Positions 9,926 through 20,961 are shown, counted from the first letter of the stretch. The stretch is 64,000 nucleotides of DNA from Thermodesulfobacteriota bacterium (GCA_965203965.1 CBDBDR010000017.1:800001-864000); one strand, 5' to 3'. Notes: a model not told the origin generated them from the sequence alone. Program-made: numbers and translations.

Positions 9926-11074
9926 ATGGACGAAGTATATCTTGATTACAATGCAACAACTCCCGTTGATCAGAAGGTCATCAACGAAATGCTCCCGTAT
10001 TTTCACTATGACTATGGGAATCCATCCAGCATCCATTCACCAGGAAACAGGGCAAAAGCCGCACTTGATATATCAAGGGGAAGGTTAGCAGAACTAATAA
10101 AAGTCAGACCCGGGGAAATTGTTTTCACCAGCAGCGGTAGTGAATCCAACAACTATTTAATCAAAGGATTGGCAATGTCGGCAATGGAAAAGGGAAAGCA
10201 TATTATATCTACACAAGTAGAACACACCTCTACACTCACAACGCTGAAATACATGCAAACAGCTGGCTTTGAGGTTACTTATATACCTGTTGATGAAAAG
10301 GGAATAGTTGATCTTAATGAACTTGAAAGTGCCATCTCGGCAAGGACTGTATTGATAACGTGCATCCTTGCAAATAACGAGACAGGAGTTATAAACCCAA
10401 TTGAAGAAATAAGCAAAATATCAAGAAAGCACGGGATACCGTTACACACGGACGCAGTTCAGGCACTCGGCAAATTACCATTGGATTTTGCTGAAATACC
10501 CGTTGATTCAGCATCATTTTCATCTCATAAGATATATGGACCCAAAGGTGTTGGTGCAGCATATATCAGAAAGGGACTAACCCCTATAACCCTATTACAC
10601 GGCGGAGGACAGGAGAGAGGAAGAAGATCCGGCACAGAAAATGTTCCCGGGGTCGTGGGATTCGGCAAAGCCTGTGAACTAATTGCCAATTCACTCACTG
10701 AAGAAATTCAGCAGACAGGCAGACTAACAAAAACCCTTCAGGAATGGATAATTGCAAATATAAAAGGTGTCCACCTTAACGGCGCCGGAGCAGATCGTGT
10801 CCCTAACACTCTTAACTTCAGCTTTGAAAATGTCGAAGGAGAATCACTCGTAGTAAACCTTGATCTTGAAGGCATTGCATGCTCAACTGGTTCAGCCTGC
10901 TCTGAGGGAAATGTGGAACCATCCCACGTCCTTCTTGCAATGGGACTGAACAATGAGCAGGCAGTGTCATCCATCAGGATAAGTCTTGGAAGATTCTCGG
11001 AAGAAAAAGATATAGAAAAAATAAAGTCAGTTCTGCCCGCAATAGTGGAAAGGATAAGGAATACAACCTTATAA
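9926..11074 (+). CDS. iscS: Cysteine desulfurase (IscS-like), copy 2
   Basis: YLDYNATTP, GNPSS, NNETG, SSHKIYGPKG, GGGQERGRRSGTEN, STGSAC. Confidence 0.88.
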   Translation: MDEVYLDYNATTPVDQKVINEMLPYFHYDYGNPSSIHSPGNRAKAALDISRGRLAELIKVRPGEIVFTSSGSESNNYLIKGLAMSAMEKGKHIISTQVEHTSTLTTLKYMQTAGFEVTYIPVDEKGIVDLNELESAISARTVLITCILANNETGVINPIEEISKISRKHGIPLHTDAVQALGKLPLDFAEIPVDSASFSSHKIYGPKGVGAAYIRKGLTPITLLHGGGQERGRRSGTENVPGVVGFGKACELIANSLTEEIQQTGRLTKTLQEWIIANIKGVHLNGAGADRVPNTLNFSFENVEGESLVVNLDLEGIACSTGSACSEGNVEPSHVLLAMGLNNEQAVSSIRISLGRFSEEKDIEKIKSVLPAIVERIRNTTL

Positions 11075-11140
11075 GATCGGCGTAAAGATGGACTTAATTT
11101 TTACCCGATGTTTTCTGAAAACAATTGCTCCCGTCCTCTA

Positions 11141-12469
11141 CTATCCCAGTATTTTTTCCACTTTTCTTACGGCTACAGGAAGTGTAAACACGATCAGGTG
11201 ATCATTGACCCGCGGTGTAAAATCCCCTCTGGGTATGATCAACTCACCATCTCTTAGGCAAACTCCAACAATCGATTCACTGGGAAAATCAATGTCCTTT
11301 AACTCTTTTCCTATAACTTTTGAATTCTCTCCAACGTTAAATTCCAGCACTTCACCCCTTCCCCCTTCCAAAAGAGCAATATGTTCCACTCCTCCAATAT
11401 GCAGCAAGCTCAGAATTTCATTTACAATCGCAAGCCTCACACTTATAGCTCTATCAATACCAATTGCCTCAATCACATCTATGTAATCCGGGTTTGTATA
11501 AAGCACTGTGGTTTGCTTTGCACCAAGATTTTTTGCAAGAAGTCCACTTAAAACATTTTTTTCGTCATCACCGGTCAAAGCAGCCAAATAGTCGGTGGAT
11601 TCAACCCCAGCATCTTTCAGGCATTCAGTGTCCGTGGCATCACCTTTGAAAACAGTAACCCCCGGCAGATCCTCTGCTACCAATTCCGCTCTATCGGAAT
11701 CATTCTCAATTATCTTTACCCTTATACCCAGGTTCAATAAAGTTGTCGCAACTTCCCTGCCAAGCCTCCCCCCTCCTATAATGATTGCAGAACGTGCCCG
11801 TTCCAACTTTAGATTAAAAAGTTGTTTTAATCTCTTCAGAACAGCCGGGTCGCCAATCGTAAAAACGTAATCCCCAACTCTTAACACCGTTTTACCCGAG
11901 GGAATTTCTATACTTCCACCTCTTGACACCCCTACAAATATCCATGAACTGGCAGGTCCGAGATCTTGAAGCTTTTTGTTTACAATCTCGGTACCATCTT
12001 CCACCTTTAGCTTAAACAGCTCTACCTTTCCATCTGCAAACGTTTCCGCTTTCCACGCAAAAGGGGCACTTATTAAATCAGATAGCTTTTCTGAAATTAT
12101 CTCGCTGGGGGTTACAACTGATATTTCGTTATTTTTATTCTTTAGCAGATCGTGGTATTCAATGTAGTTTTTGTCTCTTATTCTGCAAACTATGCTTTTT
12201 AAATCCAATGAACTTGCAAACAATGAAGATAATATATTAGCCTTGTCATCACCGCTTACTGATAACAGTATGTCGGAATCCTTCAGCCCGGCTTCCATAA
12301 GAACAGTTGGATTATCTCCTTCACCATGTATGGATAGAACGTCAAGACTATCCCTTATTTTTAATGATTTTTCCTTGTTGTTTTCAATAACAACTACGTC
12401 ATGCTCAGTTGACAACTCTCTCGCCAAAAAAAGCCCTACCTGTCCAGCACCTACAATTATTATTCTCAA
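11141..12469 (-). CDS. trkA: Trk potassium uptake system NAD-binding subunit
   Basis: Two RCK-N (GAGQVG, GGGRLG) plus two RCK-C domains; 442 aa; TTG start. Confidence 0.92.
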   Translation of the reverse strand: MRIIIVGAGQVGLFLARELSTEHDVVVIENNKEKSLKIRDSLDVLSIHGEGDNPTVLMEAGLKDSDILLSVSGDDKANILSSLFASSLDLKSIVCRIRDKNYIEYHDLLKNKNNEISVVTPSEIISEKLSDLISAPFAWKAETFADGKVELFKLKVEDGTEIVNKKLQDLGPASSWIFVGVSRGGSIEIPSGKTVLRVGDYVFTIGDPAVLKRLKQLFNLKLERARSAIIIGGGRLGREVATTLLNLGIRVKIIENDSDRAELVAEDLPGVTVFKGDATDTECLKDAGVESTDYLAALTGDDEKNVLSGLLAKNLGAKQTTVLYTNPDYIDVIEAIGIDRAISVRLAIVNEILSLLHIGGVEHIALLEGGRGEVLEFNVGENSKVIGKELKDIDFPSESIVGVCLRDGELIIPRGDFTPRVNDHLIVFTLPVAVRKVEKILG

Positions 12470-12536
12470 TGGATTAATCTGCTCTTAAACATATTTAATT
12501 AGTGATATCAACATCTTCAACTTGCTTTTAATTTGC

Positions 12537-14237
12537 TCAACAAACATCCATTATATTAAGCCTAATTTCGGTATTGCCATTCCAATAATTGAGTTCTGGA
12601 GTAAAAACAAGATCGCCCACGTCCGGGACATTATCTACTTCTTTGACATTAAACCACATGGCATTAAATGAAACTTTCCCGTCACTAATCATCGCTCCAA
12701 GATGCTTTGCTTTATATAACCTCTGATTTTTTATACCTACGGATTTAACCATAAAAATGGGATTTGGATTACCAATACCAAAGGGAGCCATACTCTGAAT
12801 TTCGTTCAGCAAATTAAAATCAACCATATTCAACCCAATCTCCATATCTATATTCACCGTCCTTTCTTCTGGGATATTTATTTTTGAAACAGCTTCTGAA
12901 AATAGCTCTCTAAACTGCTGTATATTTTTCTTTTTTATTGTTATCCCCGCTGCTTGTTCATGCCCGCCGTATTTTTCAAATATTTCCTTGAACCCGGAGA
13001 TTATTTTATAAATATTTACCCCTTCCACAGTTCTACCAGAACCCTTACAAACTCTATCACCGTCCAGTGCAATTAAAAAAGTTGGCTTTCTGTATAGCTC
13101 ACTTAATCGCGAAGCTACTATACCTATAACTCCCTCATGCCAATTGTCCGATGATAAAACAATTGAATTGCTGTTTCTTAAACTATCATTTGCCTCGTAA
13201 ATCTGTATTGCTTCACCCAATACGGATTTCTCAATACCCTGTCTATTCACATTTTCATTATTTAAGCTGATTGCAATACACCTTGCCTCTTCAAAATCAT
13301 CAGTAGTTAAAAGATCAACGGCTGATTGCACGTTCTTTAATCTCCCTATGGCATTTATTCTTGGAGCAAGTTTAAAGCCTATATCATAAGAATTCACAGA
13401 CCCGTTCAGACCACTGACTTCTTTCAGAGCCTTTATTCCACACCTTTTAGATCTGTCCATTCTTTTCATACCTTCTCTAACCATTATCCTGTTGGAGTTT
13501 ACAAGAGGGACACAATCAGCAACTGTCCCAAGAGCAACAATATCCAAATAATCTGCAAGATTTGGTTCTACATCTTTGAAAAACCCTTTATCTCTCAAGA
13601 ACTTTCTAAATGCCAATATTAGATTGAATACAACCCCGACCCCCGCCACTTCACTTGCAGGATAACTACATCCTTTCTGTTGAGGATTTAACACTGCCAC
13701 GGAGTTTGGTATCTTATCAGGAGGACGATGATGATCGGTAATTATAAAATCAATATCAAGTTCTTTTGCATATTCAACTTCATCGTAAGCCGTTATACCG
13801 CAATCAGCCGAAACAATTAAATTTACTCCTTGATTACCAAGTGTTTTAATCGCCTCTTTATTGATTCCATATCCTTCACTCAACCTGTCCGGATTATAGG
13901 TCATTACTCTCATACCAATCTGGTTTGCAAAATTGTAAAATATTGAGGTGGAAGCCACACCATCAACGTCATAATCACCGTAAATGGCTACCTTCTCATT
14001 ATTTTTCAGTGCCTTATAAAGTCTTTTAACCGCAATGTCCATATCCTTCATCAAAAACGGTGAAGGAAGATCAGACAAAATCGGATTTAAAAATTTCTCG
14101 GCTTCAAGTTCATCTTTAACTCCTCTGTTTATCAATAGTTGAGCGATAATTTGAGAAATCCCGAGCTTTTTGGAAATTTTTGTTATGAGACTTAAATTCT
14201 GTTTTGTCAGAACCCAGTTATTTTTCATAGATCCCAT
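12537..14237 (-). CDS. recJ: ssDNA-specific exonuclease RecJ
   Basis: YGDYDVDG, DCGI, TDHH, GTVAD, APRINA, GSGR, GGHEQAAG, PFGIGNP motifs. Confidence 0.95.
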   Translation of the reverse strand: MGSMKNNWVLTKQNLSLITKISKKLGISQIIAQLLINRGVKDELEAEKFLNPILSDLPSPFLMKDMDIAVKRLYKALKNNEKVAIYGDYDVDGVASTSIFYNFANQIGMRVMTYNPDRLSEGYGINKEAIKTLGNQGVNLIVSADCGITAYDEVEYAKELDIDFIITDHHRPPDKIPNSVAVLNPQQKGCSYPASEVAGVGVVFNLILAFRKFLRDKGFFKDVEPNLADYLDIVALGTVADCVPLVNSNRIMVREGMKRMDRSKRCGIKALKEVSGLNGSVNSYDIGFKLAPRINAIGRLKNVQSAVDLLTTDDFEEARCIAISLNNENVNRQGIEKSVLGEAIQIYEANDSLRNSNSIVLSSDNWHEGVIGIVASRLSELYRKPTFLIALDGDRVCKGSGRTVEGVNIYKIISGFKEIFEKYGGHEQAAGITIKKKNIQQFRELFSEAVSKINIPEERTVNIDMEIGLNMVDFNLLNEIQSMAPFGIGNPNPIFMVKSVGIKNQRLYKAKHLGAMISDGKVSFNAMWFNVKEVDNVPDVGDLVFTPELNYWNGNTEIRLNIMDVC

Positions 14238-14255
14238 CGCACTCTGAAACCCATG

Positions 14256-14714
14256 TCATGATTCCAGATCTCCTGAACTGCTGATAAAACTACACAACCC
14301 CCTGAGTCCCAACAAATAACTGTTCAATCCAAACCCGGAAATCATGCCAACGCAAATCCCTGATACAAAGGAGTTCTGTCTGAATTCTTCACGTTTGAAA
14401 ATATTTGATATATGTATCTCAACCACCGGTAGTGCAGTGGATAATAGTGCATCCCGTATTGCAACACTTGTGTGTGTGTAAGCAGCAGGATTTATCAATA
14501 TCCCGTCAAAATTACCACAAGCCCCTTGGACACAATTTACTATTTCACCTTCCGAATTTGACTGAAAAAACTCCAGAGCCACATCTTCTCTAAGGCTTTC
14601 TGCTTCACGAATTAACATTCTGTTTATATCCTCCAGAGTATTGCTTCCGTAAATATCAGTTTCTCTTTTGCCAAGTGTGTTCAGATTTGGACCATTTACA
14701 ACCAGTATTTTCAC
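14256..14714 (-). CDS. aroQ: Type II 3-dehydroquinate dehydratase
   Basis: [45 protein letters not shown] start with strong SD. Confidence 0.95.
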   Translation of the reverse strand: MKILVVNGPNLNTLGKRETDIYGSNTLEDINRMLIREAESLREDVALEFFQSNSEGEIVNCVQGACGNFDGILINPAAYTHTSVAIRDALLSTALPVVEIHISNIFKREEFRQNSFVSGICVGMISGFGLNSYLLGLRGLCSFISSSGDLES

Positions 14715-14742
14715 GGTGCTCCTTCCTTGTATCCCGTTTATT

Positions 14743-15393
14743 TTAAATCGTTTTGATTTTCTGCCTTTTATTTAACAACTTCATATTAAAAGGATCTTTT
14801 TTCAACAACTTATCAAGTATTTTAGCCGCCCGAGTGTGATGACCTTGCTCAAAATACAGATTTGCAAGAGTTTCAGTCGCAAAATCCTCTCTTTCATCAT
14901 CCCTGATTTCAGTCCGATAAAAAACCGAGCGAAAGTTTGGGGGTTTATCTTCATCAATTGAAACAAACATATTGAGTCGCTCAAAAACAGCTCTTATTTC
15001 CCGGTTACCGGGATGGCATAAACATAAATTTCTTGCAATATCCAAAGCAGCATCAAAGTTTTTTTGAATTGAATAAATATTTATCAGTTCTCTTGACGCG
15101 TCAATGTTAGCAGGAGCTAGCCTGACGGCAATTTTAAATTCCTCTCTTGCTTTATCAATCATCCATCTTTCAAGATATATCTTACCCAGCAAGTGTCTTG
15201 CAGTAACGCTATGTTTATTTTGACGAATCTCTCTTGTAAGAACCTCCAGAGCTTTATCCAATTTTTTCCTTGTTATCAGCAGCTTTGCAAACTGCACACA
15301 GCAATCAGACATGGGGTCATCTTTAAGCATTCTGGCATACTTGTTCTCTAATTTTTCCAGATAAATCGGGCTTAAAAATTCTGAGTTATCCAT
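14743..15393 (-). CDS. Tetratricopeptide-repeat protein
   Basis: TPR-like helices ([10 protein letters not shown]...[26 protein letters not shown]...DP). Confidence 0.7.
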   Translation of the reverse strand: MDNSEFLSPIYLEKLENKYARMLKDDPMSDCCVQFAKLLITRKKLDKALEVLTREIRQNKHSVTARHLLGKIYLERWMIDKAREEFKIAVRLAPANIDASRELINIYSIQKNFDAALDIARNLCLCHPGNREIRAVFERLNMFVSIDEDKPPNFRSVFYRTEIRDDEREDFATETLANLYFEQGHHTRAAKILDKLLKKDPFNMKLLNKRQKIKTI

Positions 15394-15442
15394 AACTCTA
15401 AAGGGAATTCAATCTTTAACCTGAAAATAAACAATCAATTTC

Positions 15443-16996
15443 TTATTTCTTTCTGTATAAAATTTCCCTGAAATCATTTATCTCCTCAACTTTAAACATT
15501 TTTGACAAAACCACATAGACCAAAAGCGAAAACAGGATAATTATCATCAAAAACAATATATTTAAGGATAAACCATTGTTTGACCAGCTTACATAATGTG
15601 ACACTTTCCACGCAATAAAACCCATTATTGCTGAAAACACGGTTACTTTCACAATAAAATATACAAAGCCGTCCGATATCAGATTTTTTGTACGTTTGTT
15701 CAGAATATATATTAACAGGAGAAAATTTACGACTGCTGAAACAGAACTTGCCAATGCGAGTCCAAGTTGATGTAAGGATAAATAGAGACCCAGAATATAG
15801 CCTAATGCAATGTTCACAATAAATGCAATAAATGCCATTACCACAGGTGTTTTTGTGTCTCTCAGCGCATAAAATGCTGGGACCGTAACCCTTAATCCAC
15901 CTACAGCCCATAAACCAATTGAGTATCCGAGCAGAGCCTGAGCAGTTTGCATAACTTCCAACCCCGTGAACTCACCTCTCTCAAAAAGCACGGAGCACAG
16001 CGGAACCCCGAGTGCAATTAAACCCGCCAAACAGGGAACAAGCACGAACAGCACAAGCCTTAATGAATACAGATAATTCTTCTTAAAAGCATGCATATTA
16101 CCATCCGCGGCGTATTCAGACAGACTTGGCATCATAACGGTTGCAATAGAAACAGCTATGATTCCAAGGGGAAATTCAATTAATCTTTCAGAAAAATATA
16201 AGAATGTGACCGTTCCGTCAGGCATAAATGATGCGTATTGAGTGTTTACAATGATATTTAAATTGTAAACGGCTATCCCAAAAAGCTGTGGGATAACTAA
16301 TATTGCAATGTTTTTTACAGCAGGGTGATTCAATCTGGAAGTAAAACTGAATAAATACCCTCTGCTGATTAAAAGAGGAATATTAACCGCTAACTGGAAC
16401 ACCCCACCAATAAATACCCCCAGCGCAAGCGATAATGTGGGGTCTTTGAACAGCCCGTAAAATAGAACAATGCTGGCTATTACTGATAAATTAAGAAGAA
16501 CTGGAGAAAAAGCAGGGGCAAAAAAATGCCTTAGGGAATTCAAAACACCCATTGAAAGCGAGGCAAGAGATATAAACAAAATATAGGGAAACATAATACG
16601 GTTTAACTCAACCGCTAAATTAAAGGTCTTTTCATCAAACCCGTATGCAAACACTTTTACAATCAATGGTGAAAGTGCAATACCCAAAATTGAAACCAGA
16701 GAAACTACAAGGAAAAGAACTGTAAATATTGAATTGAGAGCGCCTCTGGCTTCAAGTCTGCCTTTTTTCAGGTATTCGGTAAATACGGGAACGAACGCAA
16801 CCGTAATTGATCCTTCTGCAAACAGGCGTCTCAAGAGATTTGGAATTCTAAAAGCAACGTAGAACGCATCAGTTTGATATGAAGCACCGAAGAAATAAGC
16901 AACTATTATGTCTCTGAAGTATCCTGTCATCCTGCTTACAAAAGTAAACAGACCAACAAGACTCCACTGCTTGACAATATTTTTATCCGTGCTCAT
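15443..16996 (-). CDS. murJ: Lipid II flippase MurJ (MviN)
   Basis: SRMTGYFRD, AFRIPNLLRRLFAEG, ERLIEFPLG, FYALRDTKTP; ATG at 16996 taken as start. Confidence 0.95.
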   Translation of the reverse strand: MSTDKNIVKQWSLVGLFTFVSRMTGYFRDIIVAYFFGASYQTDAFYVAFRIPNLLRRLFAEGSITVAFVPVFTEYLKKGRLEARGALNSIFTVLFLVVSLVSILGIALSPLIVKVFAYGFDEKTFNLAVELNRIMFPYILFISLASLSMGVLNSLRHFFAPAFSPVLLNLSVIASIVLFYGLFKDPTLSLALGVFIGGVFQLAVNIPLLISRGYLFSFTSRLNHPAVKNIAILVIPQLFGIAVYNLNIIVNTQYASFMPDGTVTFLYFSERLIEFPLGIIAVSIATVMMPSLSEYAADGNMHAFKKNYLYSLRLVLFVLVPCLAGLIALGVPLCSVLFERGEFTGLEVMQTAQALLGYSIGLWAVGGLRVTVPAFYALRDTKTPVVMAFIAFIVNIALGYILGLYLSLHQLGLALASSVSAVVNFLLLIYILNKRTKNLISDGFVYFIVKVTVFSAIMGFIAWKVSHYVSWSNNGLSLNILFLMIIILFSLLVYVVLSKMFKVEEINDFREILYRKK

Positions 16997-17210
16997 TATC
17001 AATTTTCACAAAATCATAGTCAACATCTGGTCTGATTTTCTCCAATACTTTAATCGCATCATCATAGAGATCATCAGTTGTTGCAATTCTAACCAATTTG
17101 TTTAGTGGGTCCTCAGTCCTGACCCACATCAAGTGTGAATAACTTCCTAAAATTGAAGCTAACAACACATTGTGGCTTCTATTTTTAAGTTTTATGAAAA
17201 TGTCCGGCAT
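16983..17210 (-). CDS. Small conserved protein, DUF4911-like
   Basis: 75 aa, ILGSYSHLMWVRTEDP pattern; overlaps murJ start, divergent from mraZ. Confidence 0.55.
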   Translation of the reverse strand: MPDIFIKLKNRSHNVLLASILGSYSHLMWVRTEDPLNKLVRIATTDDLYDDAIKVLEKIRPDVDYDFVKIDNEHG

Positions 17211-17301
17211 TAATAATTTAGACCAAACCTACTGAAACTATTGCATTTCTCCGTCTGTTTCTATGCTTTCTACATCCTGATTATTTCCATATTATAACCA
17301 A

Positions 17302-17346
17302 ATGGCATAAAAGTGTTGAGTTTTGGCATAAAATGGTATAGGATGG
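17302..17346 (+). promoter_or_regulatory. dcw promoter with 10-bp-periodic MraZ-type boxes
   Basis: TTGAGT (17316-21), 17 nt, TAGGAT (17339-44). Boxes ATGG 17302, GTGT 17313, TTGG 17323, ATGG 17333, ATGG 17343. Confidence 0.55.
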
Positions 17347-17352
17347 TTAATA

Positions 17353-17799
17353 ATGTTTCGAGGAAGATACGAACACAAGATAACAAATACAGGAAGAATC
17401 AGTATTCCTTCCAAATTCAGAGAGATCTGCAGGGAAAAATATGGTGAAGAAAATTTTGTTATAACTAACTTTGACGGTTGTCTGGTTGCCTATCCACTAC
17501 ATGAATGGAGCGAGATTGAAAATAGTATGTCCAATCTACCCCAGTTCAGACAGGATGTTCTATCCACTATGAGATATTTTTTGGCAGGGGCAGCAGATTG
17601 CCCAATTGACGGACAAGGCAGGATTTTAATACCTCAATCGCTGAGAAATCATGCAAACATAAGTAAAGAGGTGGTAATGATAGGAATGCTGAAGAGAATT
17701 GAGATATGGGACAAAGATATATGGTATGAGAAAGAGTTTAAAAAATCACACGAGCAATTTAACCAGAGCAGGGAAGAACTTGCAGAATACGGACTATAA
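17353..17799 (+). CDS. mraZ: Division/cell wall cluster transcriptional repressor MraZ
   Basis: MFRGRYEH, GRISIPSKFR, DGQGRILIP, RIEIW; heads the dcw cluster. Confidence 0.95.
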   Translation: MFRGRYEHKITNTGRISIPSKFREICREKYGEENFVITNFDGCLVAYPLHEWSEIENSMSNLPQFRQDVLSTMRYFLAGAADCPIDGQGRILIPQSLRNHANISKEVVMIGMLKRIEIWDKDIWYEKEFKKSHEQFNQSREELAEYGL

Positions 17800-18762
17800 A
17801 TGAACAAAGCACCCGCCATAAAAATTGACCGGTTAATACATAAACCTGTTCTGTTGAAAGAATCCATTGATTATCTACAACCGATGGAGGGTGGAATTTA
17901 TATGGATGCAACATTAGGACTGGGAGGACACACTTCGCGATTGCTTGAAACGTCGAGCAGTAAATCAAAAGTAATTGCACTGGATGTGGATGAAGAGTCC
18001 CTTACTATAGCAAGTCAGTATCTGAAGCCATTTGAAAACAGACTAATACTTGTCAATAGAAACTTTACTGAAATTGACAGTGCCGTAAGAGAATTAGGTG
18101 TGACAAAGGTAGACGGAATTATTGCCGACCTCGGCTTGTCATCTCACCAGTTGGAAATGAGCAAAAGGGGGTTCAGCTTCATGGGCAATGAACCACTTGA
18201 TATGAGAATGGACTCCAAGCTAATTTTCACTGCATCCGACCTGCTGAATGAAATGACAGCAGAAGAGATTGAAAACCTGATAAAAAGGTATGGAGAAGAA
18301 AGGTTTTCGAGGAAAATTTCCAAATCCATCGTAAAAGCCCGTAAAATCAGTCCTTTGAAAACATCAGCCGAACTTGCATCAATTGTATCAAACTCAATAC
18401 CCCAAAGATATCATCCAAAAGAAATACACCCTGCCACTAAAACATTTCAGGCTCTTAGGATAGCAGTGAACAATGAGCTGGAAAACCTGAAAATATTTAT
18501 AGAAAAAGCAGTAAATTTGTTAAGAGACGGAGGACGTCTCGTAATAATATCTTTTCATTCCCTTGAAGACCGTATTGTTAAAGATTGTTTCAAAAAATTA
18601 AACTCAAACTGTATATGCCCACCTGATCTACCCATATGCAAATGTAATAAGAAAAGCACTTTAAAAATATTGACCAAATCACCTGTAAAACCTAGTGAAG
18701 ATGAAATTCAGGCAAATCGGAGATGTAGAAGCGCTAAAATGAGAGTAGGAGAGAGGATATAA
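17800..18762 (+). CDS. rsmH: 16S rRNA m4C1402 methyltransferase
   Basis: HKPVLL, DATLGLGGH, DLGLSSHQL, PLDMRMD, FQALRIAVN, FHSLEDR. Confidence 0.96.
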   Translation: MNKAPAIKIDRLIHKPVLLKESIDYLQPMEGGIYMDATLGLGGHTSRLLETSSSKSKVIALDVDEESLTIASQYLKPFENRLILVNRNFTEIDSAVRELGVTKVDGIIADLGLSSHQLEMSKRGFSFMGNEPLDMRMDSKLIFTASDLLNEMTAEEIENLIKRYGEERFSRKISKSIVKARKISPLKTSAELASIVSNSIPQRYHPKEIHPATKTFQALRIAVNNELENLKIFIEKAVNLLRDGGRLVIISFHSLEDRIVKDCFKKLNSNCICPPDLPICKCNKKSTLKILTKSPVKPSEDEIQANRRCRSAKMRVGERI

Positions 18763-18766
18763 AACA

Positions 18767-19051
18767 ATGAAAATGAAACATATCATCTTATTACTAATGA
18801 TTCCACTGGTGCTCTCAATAATTTTTGTGAAAATAAGGGTTGATCAGATAGATATTGGTTATGACGTATCAGAAAACAACAAAAAAGAAAGAGCATTGAT
18901 ACAGGAAAGACAGAAATTAAGGGCTGAGCTATCAAATCTCAAATCTCCACGCAGGTTGGAGCTTATAGCCGACAAATTGGGATTTAGGTTACCAGTCCAA
19001 AATGACATTTTCCATATTGAAAAAGCAACTATCATCGGCAATAGAAAATGA
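18767..19051 (+). CDS. ftsL: Cell division protein FtsL
   Basis: TM plus coiled coil ending LKSPRRLELIA..LG; lies between rsmH and ftsI. Confidence 0.8.
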   Translation: MKMKHIILLLMIPLVLSIIFVKIRVDQIDIGYDVSENNKKERALIQERQKLRAELSNLKSPRRLELIADKLGFRLPVQNDIFHIEKATIIGNRK

Positions 19052-20961
19052 AAAAAATAGGAAGGCGAAACAGAAATAAATCTCTCTATGGAAAAAATAC
19101 AGGGAATAAGTGGAGGATTTATATTTCTGCTTTGGTTATTTCTCTATTGTTTATAGGCATAGGCTACAAGGCATTCACATTACAGGTAATAAACCGTGAC
19201 AAACCACTCAAGTTTGCACAAAAGCAACACTATGGTTCATTCACACTGCCAGCAAGACGAGGCGACATTCTTGACAGGAATAACACGTATCTTGCCACCA
19301 GTATTGAAACTGATTCTGTTTACATAAGACCGAGACAAATTCAGAAACCTAAAAAATTTGCTAGACAAGTATCCCAAAATACCAATCTAAAATACGATGC
19401 AGTACTTAACCTTTGTCTATCAAACAGACCTTCTGCCTGGTTGAGCAGGCTTGCAGATGAGGATACGATAAATCAATTAAAGAAACTGAACATTGAAGGT
19501 GTTGGTTTTTTAAAGGAACCGAAAAGAGTTTATCCGAACGGGCACTTGCTTGGGCAAGTGCTTGGATTTACTGATATAGACTCAAAGGGCATTGAGGGAA
19601 TAGAGTATTATATGGATAGCGTATTAGCGGGCAACCCTCTAAAAATACAGTTCAAGAAAGACGCTAAAAGAAGGCAGATACTAAACAAACCTGTTAATAT
19701 TGATTCAACCAGTGGTTCTGAAATACAACTTACTATTGACTCTAAGATACAGAATATAGTAGAAAATGAACTCAAAAATGGAATTATCAAAAACGGCGCA
19801 GAAAGCGGGATGGCAGTTGCTATGGATCCCAACACGGGACAAATTCTTGCTATGGCTTCCTACCCATTTTTTAATCCCAATAGATTTACAGAATTTCCAG
19901 AGCAGTTTATAAGAAACTCTCCAATCTGGCACCTGTTCGAACCAGGTTCAACATTGAAAATATTTCTTGTTGCAGCAGCTATTGAAGAAGGCGTAGCAGA
20001 ATCTCATTCAACATACCACTGCGAGAACGGAAAGAGAAAAATCGGTTCAAAGATCATAAGAGATATACGTCCACACGATACACTAACTGTTTCCGAGACA
20101 GTTCAGGTGTCCAGTAACATATGCGCATCCAAAATTGGAGAAAAATTAGGAAAAATAAATTTTTACAACTACTTGAAGGACTTTGGTTTTGGCAAAAAAT
20201 TAGATGTAGATCTACCCGGAGAATCCACCGGCATACTTTTAAGCAGCAGTAAGTGGGGACCGATAGAACTTGCAACAATTTCCTTCGGACAGGGAATCGC
20301 CGTAACTTCACTACAACTTGCCTCTGCTCTATCTGCAATTGCCAACGGTGGGTACCTGATGAAGCCTTATATAGTCAACAATGTAATATCACCGGATGGC
20401 ACTATATTTGAACAAAAAAAACCAGAAGTATTAAAAAAAGTGATTTCCTATGATACAGCTATAGAGTTAAGTTCCATCCTATATAGCGTCGTGGAAAATG
20501 GAACCGGGAAAAAAGCGAGGATCAAGGGTTATAAGGTCGCCGGAAAAACTGGCACTGCACAAATACCGGATCTCAAATTAGGAGGTTACCATAAAAACAA
20601 ATACAACTCATCTTTCATAGGATTTGCTCCGGTATATGACCCTAAGATCACATTGGTAATAGTAGTGAACAATCCAAAGAAGAGCATCCACGGAGGTTCT
20701 GTGGCAGCACCTATTTTCAGAGCTATTTTAGAAAAGACTTTACTTTATCTTGGAGTCCCAACAAACAACGATTTCATCGGCTCAAAACTTATGCCTGATT
20801 TAACTGGGAAAAGTAAAAGAGAGATATTAAGGTGGGCAGAGAATACAGGGGTGAATGTAAAATTTAAAGGGAGTGGATTTGCAGTTAACCAGTTTCCAAA
20901 AGTGGGAAAGCTTATTGGTGATAATACTGTCTGCTCTCTGGAATTAAAACAGGATATATAA
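19048..20961 (+). CDS. ftsI: Division transpeptidase PBP3 with C-terminal PASTA domain
   Basis: RGDILDRN, EPGSTLK (SxxK), SSN, KTGTAQ; PASTA repeat MPDLTGKS. Confidence 0.94.
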   Translation: MKKIGRRNRNKSLYGKNTGNKWRIYISALVISLLFIGIGYKAFTLQVINRDKPLKFAQKQHYGSFTLPARRGDILDRNNTYLATSIETDSVYIRPRQIQKPKKFARQVSQNTNLKYDAVLNLCLSNRPSAWLSRLADEDTINQLKKLNIEGVGFLKEPKRVYPNGHLLGQVLGFTDIDSKGIEGIEYYMDSVLAGNPLKIQFKKDAKRRQILNKPVNIDSTSGSEIQLTIDSKIQNIVENELKNGIIKNGAESGMAVAMDPNTGQILAMASYPFFNPNRFTEFPEQFIRNSPIWHLFEPGSTLKIFLVAAAIEEGVAESHSTYHCENGKRKIGSKIIRDIRPHDTLTVSETVQVSSNICASKIGEKLGKINFYNYLKDFGFGKKLDVDLPGESTGILLSSSKWGPIELATISFGQGIAVTSLQLASALSAIANGGYLMKPYIVNNVISPDGTIFEQKKPEVLKKVISYDTAIELSSILYSVVENGTGKKARIKGYKVAGKTGTAQIPDLKLGGYHKNKYNSSFIGFAPVYDPKITLVIVVNNPKKSIHGGSVAAPIFRAILEKTLLYLGVPTNNDFIGSKLMPDLTGKSKREILRWAENTGVNVKFKGSGFAVNQFPKVGKLIGDNTVCSLELKQDI

